Assembly: GCA_934590505.1 (NCBI GenBank)
Contig: CAKTPC010000001.1
Location: forward strand, 1 to 57,687
Direction: 5' to 3'
DNA from: an uncultured Oscillospiraceae bacterium
GTDB lineage: Bacteria; Bacillota; Clostridia; Oscillospirales; Oscillospiraceae
DNA: 57,687 bases
This document shows, in pieces, positions 51,084 to 57,687 of this stretch; position 1 is the first letter of the stretch; each line of letters begins with the position of its first letter. Made by a program: the position numbers and the translations under genes. The notes under the pieces were generated by a model, which was not told the origin of the DNA, searched no databases, and was given only the letters and a program-made list of their open reading frames with translations.

Positions 51084-52385
51084 TTGCTCTCTTCCCAGGT
51101 TATAGCTTTACTGATATTGGTTTTTTGCATAGTGTTCTTTATAACCGAGTGGATACCTTCAACCGTCACCAGCATCATAGCGTGTCTCCTCTTCGCAATG
51201 ACCGGGATATGCTCATTTTCAAAGGCCTTCTCCGGTTTTTCCAACAGCACGGTCATCCTCGTTTTCGGGATGCTCGTTATCGGCAACGCCATGTTTGAGT
51301 CCGGTGTGGCTCAGAAGATCGGCAATGTCGTAATGCGCGTGTCCGGCGGCAGCGAAAGAAAGTTCATCCTCTTCGCCGGCGGAACATCTATCATCATGTC
51401 AATGTTCCTTGCAAACATGGCTGTCATCGCAATGTACCTTGCGGTCATGAGCAGCGTCTGCAGGACAAACCCCAATGTAAAGCTTAAAAACATCTGCCTT
51501 GCGACGACTATGGGCGCAATGTTCGGCGGCGTATGCACGCTCGTCGGGTCGACGCCCCAGCTCACAATGCAGACCATACTTGAAGGCGCTGCAGGACAGA
51601 CGGCAGGGATGTGGGATTTCATGCCCGTCGGTCTGTGCCTGAGCGTGGTTTACCTCCTGTACGTCCTTTTTATCGGCTATCCCCTCGGAAAGAAGATATG
51701 GAGCAAGGACGACGGCGGAGAGAATCTTGATGAGCTCGATACGCTCGTTGCGTCGAGAGCCGTCAAGGTCGAAGAGGACGCAGGCCTCAAGAGAAAGCAG
51801 ATATACATGTATATCATTCTCGTAATGCTGGTCGTCTTTTTCGCAACGGAAATTGTCAGCAATGTTATTGCGACCTGTATATGCGCGATCCTCTGCGTCG
51901 TCACCGGGTGCACGACCGAGAAGAGCGTGCTGAAGAATATGGACTGGGCGACGCTCATCCGTCTTGCGGGCTGTCTCGGTATTGCCTCCGGCATCAACGA
52001 GAGCGGCTGCGGTGACCTGATCGCCGGCGGTTTTACATCGGTATTCGGACCGGATGTGCAGCCGATAGTTTTCCTCGCTGCCTCGGTTCTGGTGGTAATG
52101 GTCGTCAGTAACTTTATTTCAAACTCAACGGCGGTATTTATAGTGCTCCCGCCCGTGCTCGCTGTCTGCCAGCAGTACGGCTTCAACTGCTTAGCCTTCT
52201 CAATAGCCGTCTGCTACGGGGCAAACCTCTGCTTTGCGACTCCGCTTGCAAACGCGCAGACCGGCACCACCATGGTCGCAGGGTACCGCTTTAAAGAATA
52301 CTTCAAATATAATCTGCTCCTTGAGCTTTTCGTATGGCTTGCCGTAGTGGCGTTTATGCCGCTGTTCTGGAACCTGAGAGTATAG
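51084..52385 (+). CDS. SLC13/DASS-family permease (second transporter)
   Basis: TTG start. FFITEWIPSTVTSIIACLLFAMTG...STVILVFGMLVIGNAMFESGVAQKIG. 433 aa polytopic protein. Confidence 0.7.
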   Translation: MLSSQVIALLILVFCIVFFITEWIPSTVTSIIACLLFAMTGICSFSKAFSGFSNSTVILVFGMLVIGNAMFESGVAQKIGNVVMRVSGGSERKFILFAGGTSIIMSMFLANMAVIAMYLAVMSSVCRTNPNVKLKNICLATTMGAMFGGVCTLVGSTPQLTMQTILEGAAGQTAGMWDFMPVGLCLSVVYLLYVLFIGYPLGKKIWSKDDGGENLDELDTLVASRAVKVEEDAGLKRKQIYMYIILVMLVVFFATEIVSNVIATCICAILCVVTGCTTEKSVLKNMDWATLIRLAGCLGIASGINESGCGDLIAGGFTSVFGPDVQPIVFLAASVLVVMVVSNFISNSTAVFIVLPPVLAVCQQYGFNCLAFSIAVCYGANLCFATPLANAQTGTTMVAGYRFKEYFKYNLLLELFVWLAVVAFMPLFWNLRV

Positions 52386-52428
52386 GTTTTCGGCATTGAC
52401 TGCTTCTGTGCGGAGGGTAGAAAGTAAT

Positions 52429-53985
52429 ATGAAATTTCTCAGTGGGCTTCTTGCCGGGAACGCGGAAAAATTTCCGGATCGGATAGCTGCTATCCACGGT
52501 GAGACCACCATGACATACGGACAATTGAATCATGAAGCCGACAGGCTTGCGAATTCTTTGCGGCGCACTGGTCTGAAAAAGGGCGGACGCGCGGCGCTGC
52601 TGATGAAGGGCGGCATAGATTGGCTGCTTGCGTTCTATGCCTGCCAGAAGCTCGGTGTGGGGCTTGCGCTGATACATCTGCGCCTGATGCCGGAGGAGAT
52701 GCTGCGCATGGTCGCCCTCACAGGGGCGGATACGCTCATCTGCTCGACGGAGTATCTGCCCCAGGCGGAGTACATTGCAGAGCACTCCGGCAGGGACTTC
52801 AGGATAATAGTGCAGGGCGGGAATGAAAATACCCCGGACGGCGCGTGTTCCTTTGAAGATCTCCTGCGCGGGGAGGACTGCTCCGACGCGCAGGAGGTCA
52901 TGACCGGAGATGAGGAGAGCATCATACTCTTCACCAGCGGAACGACCTCCGCTGCCAAGGGCGTCGTGCGCACACAGCGGATGATGGCGGCCTACGCGTC
53001 CGTACTGGCCGGCGAAGAGCCGATGAATGCCGGTGATACTATGCTCACACCGGCACCGCTTTATCACGCGACAGGCATATGCTGCGTGGTAAAGATGCTC
53101 GTCGGCGCAGGGACGCTCATACTGCTCGATCATTTTGACTGCGAAAAGGTGTGCGCGCAGGTGCAGAAGTACCGCGCAACGCAGATAGCGCTGGTTCCGC
53201 CGGTGTCGTACCAGCGGCTCAAGGCCTCGGGGTACCCGGAAAAATATGATCTGAGCAGCGTCAGGCTTGCACACGTTGCAGCGGGCAAGGCGAGCGAGGA
53301 GTGCTTCGCGGATCTGTTCGGCATGTTCCCCAACGCCGGTGTGCGGCTCTCATGGGGGTCGACCGAGGCGTCAAACATCACGTCGGTCACGCTCAGGCGC
53401 GAGGACATAAAGAATGACCGCAGGCTGCTGACCTCCGTCGGCAAGGTCAATTCCGTGGCGGAGCTGAAGCTTGTGGACAAGGACGGCAACATCGTCGAGG
53501 GCGCGGGCAAGGGCGAAGCGTTTGTGCGCTCGCCGCTGGTGTTTGGCGGGTACCTGAACGCACCGGAGCTGACGGAGCGCAGCTTCTCAGACGGCTGGTT
53601 CGACATGGAGGATATCATGTACCGCGACGAGGAGGGTTACTATTACCTTCTTGACCGCAAGCGCGATATCATCAAAACCGGCGGAGAGAACGTCTATGCG
53701 CAGGAGGTCGAGCAGGATCTGCTCAAGAACCCGGCGATATCCGAATGTGCCGTAATAGGCGTACCGGACAGAAAGTACGGCGAGGCGATCGCCGCAGCGA
53801 TCGTGCTGAAGAAGGGCTGCACGCTCGGCGGACAGGAGTTCATAAGCTTCTGCCGGGAAGTAATGCCATCGTTCAAAAAACCGAAATACTGGGCTTTTAT
53901 GGAGCAGCTGCCTAAGAACGACGTCGGCAAGGTGCAGAAAGCAAAGCTCAGAGAGCGCACCGATCTGTTCACGCCCGTTGTGTGA
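52429..53985 (+). CDS. AMP-forming acyl-CoA synthetase (FadD/CaiC/CarB-like)
   Basis: Start at MKFLSGLL (GGAGGG SD). FTSGTTSAAKGV, WGSTEA, GWFDMEDIMYRDEEGYYYLLDRKRDIIKTGGENV, GKVQKAKLR. Confidence 0.88.
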   Translation: MKFLSGLLAGNAEKFPDRIAAIHGETTMTYGQLNHEADRLANSLRRTGLKKGGRAALLMKGGIDWLLAFYACQKLGVGLALIHLRLMPEEMLRMVALTGADTLICSTEYLPQAEYIAEHSGRDFRIIVQGGNENTPDGACSFEDLLRGEDCSDAQEVMTGDEESIILFTSGTTSAAKGVVRTQRMMAAYASVLAGEEPMNAGDTMLTPAPLYHATGICCVVKMLVGAGTLILLDHFDCEKVCAQVQKYRATQIALVPPVSYQRLKASGYPEKYDLSSVRLAHVAAGKASEECFADLFGMFPNAGVRLSWGSTEASNITSVTLRREDIKNDRRLLTSVGKVNSVAELKLVDKDGNIVEGAGKGEAFVRSPLVFGGYLNAPELTERSFSDGWFDMEDIMYRDEEGYYYLLDRKRDIIKTGGENVYAQEVEQDLLKNPAISECAVIGVPDRKYGEAIAAAIVLKKGCTLGGQEFISFCREVMPSFKKPKYWAFMEQLPKNDVGKVQKAKLRERTDLFTPVV

Positions 53986-54026
53986 ACGGATGCGGATCGC
54001 AGTATAATTATAATAATGAAGGGAGC

Positions 54027-54830
54027 ATGAAGGTGAATATACTTGTTTGCGTAAAGCAGGTGCCGAAGGAAGAGGATCTCAAGCTTGATCCCGTGACCAA
54101 AACGCTTATCCGTTCGCAGGGAACGGGAGTAATAAGCGAGTATGACAAATACGCCATGGAGCTTGCAGCAAGGCTGAAGGCCGAGGATGGGGGAAAGGTG
54201 ACTGCGGTCACGATGGGGCCGCCCTCTTCGATGGAGGTGCTCCGCTACTGCATGGCTGTGGGAGCGGACGACGTCTATCTCCTCAGCGACCGCGCGCTCG
54301 GCGGCGCGGACGCCTACGCGACGGTCAATGCGCTGGCGGCGGCAAAGGCGTATCTGGAAGCCGACGGCACAAAGTATGACCTCGTACTCTGCGGAAAGCA
54401 GGCGAGCGACAGCGACACCTCGCTTGTCATGCCTGAGCTTGCAGAGTGCCTCGGTCTGCCGCAGGTCACATTCGTGAGCGGCTACGAGCTTTCCGACGGT
54501 AAGCTCATAGTTCAGCGCGAAACGGACGAGGGAACGGATCACATCGAGCTGCCGCTGCCGGCGGTCGCGTCCGTGGACAAGACCGTGTTCGAGGCGCGCC
54601 GCCCGAACATGCGTCTGAAGCTGAAGGCAAACCACATGGAGATACCCGTCCTCGATGCGCAGGCTCTCGGCCTTGAGGCAGAAGAGATCGGCGTCAAGGG
54701 ATCCAGGACGACGGTCGGCAGCTCCTATTTCCCGGAGCATAACAAGTCCTGCGTGACCATCGGCGGAGAGAGCAGCGAGGGGATCGCGGACAATCTGCTT
54801 TCGGCACTGCGCAGCGCCAGAATGATATGA
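54027..54830 (+). CDS. etfB: Electron transfer flavoprotein beta subunit
   Basis: Start at MKVNILVCVKQVP (GGGAG SD). Typical EtfB N-terminus. Precedes etfA. Confidence 0.88.
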   Translation: MKVNILVCVKQVPKEEDLKLDPVTKTLIRSQGTGVISEYDKYAMELAARLKAEDGGKVTAVTMGPPSSMEVLRYCMAVGADDVYLLSDRALGGADAYATVNALAAAKAYLEADGTKYDLVLCGKQASDSDTSLVMPELAECLGLPQVTFVSGYELSDGKLIVQRETDEGTDHIELPLPAVASVDKTVFEARRPNMRLKLKANHMEIPVLDAQALGLEAEEIGVKGSRTTVGSSYFPEHNKSCVTIGGESSEGIADNLLSALRSARMI

Positions 54831-54839
54831 GGTGAGCAT

Positions 54840-55835
54840 ATGAAGAAAACAAACAGAGATATTTTCACCGTCATGGAGCTGTCCGGTGCGGGCGTAAAGG
54901 GAGGCTCACTTGAACTGTTCACCGCTGCGCGCACCATCACCGCTAAGACCGGCGGACAGGTGATAGCTGTCATCATCGGCCATGGCACGGATGAGGCGGT
55001 AAAGACCGTCGCGGCCTGCGCACCGGACGCGATAATCTGCGTTGACGACGCGCGCTTTGCCGAATACAGGACAGCGGCATATACGAACATACTCACGGCA
55101 CTTGTGAAGAAATATGAACCGGACGCAGTTATGGTCTCCGCAACAAAGAACGGCAAGGATCTTGCGCCGCGTCTTGCAAGGAGACTCGGCACGGGCATAA
55201 CCGCAAACTGCACGGAGCTGAGCGTCGAGGCGGAAAGCGGTCTGATCTCATGGAACATGCCGGCTCCCGGCGGCATCATGGCGACGATACTATGCTCTGA
55301 TACCCGCCCGCAGATGGGCACGATATGCCCCGGCGCCTTCCGCAAGGCGGAGAGCATACAGGGAGCGGCGGTCGAGATCATTGATGAGACGGCGGAGGAA
55401 TTTGAGGATGACGGCGTGAAGCTTATCCGCCGTGTTCTGAACGAGAGCGACCCGGAGCTGTCCATCACGGACGCGGACATTATCGTTGCCGGCGGCAGAG
55501 GCATGGGCAGCGCTGAAAACTTCGGCCTGATCCGCGAACTCGCGGGGCTCCTCGGCGCGGCAGTCGGCGCGTCGCGCGTCGTAGTAGATGCGGAATGGGT
55601 CGACCAGAAGCACCTTATAGGGCAGACCGGCAAGATAGTCCGCCCGAAGCTCTATATAGCCTGCGGCATTTCCGGCGCGCTCCAGCACATGGTAGGCGTT
55701 GAAAAGGCCGAGTGTATTGTCGCGATCAACCGCGATCCCTCCGCGCCGATCTTCGGCTATGCAGATTACGCAGTTGTCGGTGACGCGGTCAAGATAGTCT
55801 CAGCCCTGATCGAGCAGCTTAAAAAAGATTCATAA
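54840..55835 (+). CDS. etfA: Electron transfer flavoprotein alpha subunit
   Basis: IVAGGRGMGS, GASRVVVDAEWV, YIACGISGALQHMVG. 331 aa, with no N-terminal ferredoxin domain. Confidence 0.88.
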   Translation: MKKTNRDIFTVMELSGAGVKGGSLELFTAARTITAKTGGQVIAVIIGHGTDEAVKTVAACAPDAIICVDDARFAEYRTAAYTNILTALVKKYEPDAVMVSATKNGKDLAPRLARRLGTGITANCTELSVEAESGLISWNMPAPGGIMATILCSDTRPQMGTICPGAFRKAESIQGAAVEIIDETAEEFEDDGVKLIRRVLNESDPELSITDADIIVAGGRGMGSAENFGLIRELAGLLGAAVGASRVVVDAEWVDQKHLIGQTGKIVRPKLYIACGISGALQHMVGVEKAECIVAINRDPSAPIFGYADYAVVGDAVKIVSALIEQLKKDS

Positions 55836-55949
55836 GAGAAAAGCGCTCCGGCGCTGCTTCCATGAAGGCAGCGTCGGAGCGCTTGATCCTATTATAATTT
55901 TCAGGCACATCCAGCTTTTAGCTTAGAACCAATTTTATTACGGACAGGA

Positions 55950-55990
55950 AACCTAGACGGCTGTTTTCAGCTGTCTAGGTTTTTCTTTTG
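55950..55990 (+). terminator. Rho-independent terminator
   Basis: aacctagacggctg (55950-55963) / cagctgtctaggtt (55968-55981), 14-bp stem with one G-U pair, loop tttt, followed by TTTCTTTT. Confidence 0.7.
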
Positions 55991-56050
55991 CAGCCACTTT
56001 TTTGATTAGTTACGCTCTGCCCCAACTATTGAGGCAGAACGATTTCAGCG

Positions 56051-56281
56051 TCATTTGTCTATTTTAAAATATTCTATCGCCATTATAGCAAGGCCGAGGA
56101 CGATAAGGATGATCGCCGCCGCGAACAGCGGAACAAAGCCCATCTGCGACACGGTGGTGAGGAACCGCCCCGGCGGGGTGGTCCAGCTGGAGACGAGGTT
56201 ATTCGATGCTGCCAGAGCTATGGCTAAGCCCCAGATGGTGCCGAGCAGCGAGATAAAGCCGCCTATCAATGCTCTCTTCAT
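56051..56281 (-). CDS. Small membrane protein (2 TM, 76 aa), unknown function
   Basis: Two hydrophobic helices (LIGGFISLLGTIWGLAIALAA; FVPLFAAAIILIVLGLAIMAI). Lies directly downstream of pdp on the same strand. Confidence 0.4.
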   Translation of the reverse strand: MKRALIGGFISLLGTIWGLAIALAASNNLVSSWTTPPGRFLTTVSQMGFVPLFAAAIILIVLGLAIMAIEYFKIDK

Positions 56282-56294
56282 GTGCCCGCCGAAC

Positions 56295-57599
56295 TTAACG
56301 AACGATCGCCTTTATAAAGGCGGGGCGCTCAACGGGCGCGTCGGAGAACTGATAGCAGCCGCGCAGCAGCTTTGCCGCCTCCTGCGCCTTCTCCTCGGAG
56401 GAGGCGTGGATGGTCGCAAGGCTCTCACCCTTTTCGACTTTATCGCCAACCTTCTTGTGCAGGATAACGCCGACGGAAAGATCGATCTCGCTGTCCTTCG
56501 TGGCTCTGCCGCCGCCGAGATGCATCGACACAAGGCCGACGTGCTCAGCAAGGATGCGCCCGACATAGCCCGAAACCTCGGACGGGACCTCGAGCTTCAC
56601 CTTTGCGTCCGGCAGACGCGAGGTGTCGTATACGTCGCTGCCGTCGCCGTCCTGCGCGGAGACCATTTCGGCAAGCTTCTTGAGCGCCGCGCCGCTCTCT
56701 ATCGCATGCGTGAGCCGGGCGCGCGCGTCCTCGATGCTCTCGGCGATGCCGGCTTCTGTAAGGATGCAGCTGCCGAGCGTCAGGCACAGCTCAAGAAGGT
56801 CGCCCTTCGTTTCGCCCTTGAGGACGGAGATGGCTTCCTTGACCTCGACAGAGTTGCCGACGGCACAGCCGAGGGGCTGATCCATATCAGTGATGACAGC
56901 GGCGCACTTGTGCCCGGCGAGCCTGCCGATGCGCGTCAGACCGCGGGCAAGCTCCTTGGCTTCGTCTACGGTTTTCATGAAGGCGCCGTCGCCGCACTTG
57001 ACGTCAAGGACAATAACGTCTGCCCCGGAGGCCAGCTTCTTTGACATGATGGAGCTGACGATCAGCGGGATGCTCGGCACAGTACCGGTCACATCGCGCA
57101 GAGCATAGAGCTTTTTGTCTGCCGGGTCGAGATCGGCGGTCTGGCCGATAATGGCGATGCCGTGCTTATTGACATTATCGAAGAAGCGCTGCTCACCGAT
57201 GCTGATGTTGAAGCCGGGGAAGCTCTCGAGCTTGTCCAGCGTGCCGCCGGTGTGGCCGAGGCCGCGGCCGGACATCTTCGCGATCTTCACTCCGCAGGCC
57301 GAGACCATCGGGCAGAGGATAAGGCTCGTCTTATCGCCGACGCCGCCGGTGGAGTGCTTATCGGCCTTGATGCCCTTGATGGGACTAAGGTCAAGTGTCT
57401 CGCCCGAGTTCATCATGGACATGGTGAGGTCGAGCGTCTCCCTGTCGCTCATGCCGCGGAAAACGATGGCCATGCACATTGCGGACATCTGGTAATCCGG
57501 GATCTCGCCGCAGGTATAGCCCTGTATCATGAAATCTATTTCTTCGGTGCTCAGTTCGCCGCCGTCACGTTTCTTTACGATGAGATCATTCATCAACAT
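56295..57599 (-). CDS. pdp: Pyrimidine-nucleoside (thymidine) phosphorylase
   Basis: Start at MLMNDLIVKKRDGG (GGAGG 8 nt upstream). KHSTGGVGDKTSL, SGRGLGHTGGTLDKLE. ~434 aa. Confidence 0.88.
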   Translation of the reverse strand: MLMNDLIVKKRDGGELSTEEIDFMIQGYTCGEIPDYQMSAMCMAIVFRGMSDRETLDLTMSMMNSGETLDLSPIKGIKADKHSTGGVGDKTSLILCPMVSACGVKIAKMSGRGLGHTGGTLDKLESFPGFNISIGEQRFFDNVNKHGIAIIGQTADLDPADKKLYALRDVTGTVPSIPLIVSSIMSKKLASGADVIVLDVKCGDGAFMKTVDEAKELARGLTRIGRLAGHKCAAVITDMDQPLGCAVGNSVEVKEAISVLKGETKGDLLELCLTLGSCILTEAGIAESIEDARARLTHAIESGAALKKLAEMVSAQDGDGSDVYDTSRLPDAKVKLEVPSEVSGYVGRILAEHVGLVSMHLGGGRATKDSEIDLSVGVILHKKVGDKVEKGESLATIHASSEEKAQEAAKLLRGCYQFSDAPVERPAFIKAIVR

Positions 57600-57687
57600 G
57601 TTATGTACCTCCGTACTGTCTCTAAGTAATTTTGTATTATATAACAAAAACGCGAAATACTCAATAGCGGAATACCATGTATTTCCG

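Noticed and set aside
52354-57044. Antisense ORFs 52354-53274, 53694-54839, 54725-55633 and 56055-57044.
   Set aside because: They lie opposite the AMP-ligase, etfB, etfA and pdp genes, all of which have diagnostic motifs. No independent support.
1-57687. Scan for CRISPR arrays, tRNA/rRNA genes, intact IS elements or transposases, reverse transcriptases, phage structural genes and long direct or tandem repeats.
   Set aside because: None found by eye. There are no regularly spaced repeats, no T-loop/anticodon-arm patterns in the intergenic regions, and only two degraded integrase fragments. An automated scan (tRNAscan, Infernal, a repeat finder) could still reveal small elements I missed.

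Overview
High-GC, strictly anaerobe-like (Clostridia-type) chromosomal segment with about 55 genes. I saw no rRNA, tRNA, CRISPR array or intact mobile element. All family calls come from motifs read in the supplied translations; no database search was possible.

Layout:
- (1) 1-7538: DeoR-controlled operon with a HAD phosphatase, a glycerol-1-phosphate-dehydrogenase-like enzyme and a PotA/FbpC-type ABC importer. A second G1PDH-like gene runs off the left edge.
- (2) 7540-8700: decayed junction holding an oxidoreductase 3' remnant and two tyrosine-recombinase remnants.
- (3) 8700-18100: two loci for HgdAB-type (2-hydroxyacyl-CoA dehydratase / benzoyl-CoA reductase family) alpha/beta pairs. They come with a third orphan alpha-like gene, one HgdC-type activase, a TetR regulator and two tiny ORFs.
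- (4) 18500-21300: an MFS transporter and a stand-alone dihydrolipoyl-dehydrogenase-like flavoprotein.
- (5) 21311-31006: a tightly packed, apparently uncharacterised cassette. It has two paralogous MJ0619/tetraether-synthase-like radical-SAM enzymes, a SAM methyltransferase, a PaaK/F390-type adenylating ligase, a sirtuin, a DUF1858-like protein, a NitT/TauT ABC importer, a Cys-rich GCAxxG-like protein and an ArsR regulator. This is my best candidate for a novel system.
- (6) 31383-32796: an XRE/zinc-ribbon regulator and a putative 10-TM metal exporter.
- (7) 32955-40528: housekeeping genes recJ, relA, dtd and pfkA, interspersed with MBL-fold hydrolases.
- (8) 40599-45531 (minus strand): MBL hydrolase, an orphan GroEL paralogue, an NMO/FabK-like flavoprotein and a LysR regulator.
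- (9) 46022-55835: a car/cai-like CoA-loop reductase cluster with crotonase, family-III CoA-transferase, acyl-CoA dehydrogenase, two DASS/SLC13 transporters, an AMP-ligase and EtfBA.
- (10) A small membrane protein and pyrimidine-nucleoside phosphorylase.

The many long antisense ORFs in the track are high-GC shadow frames.
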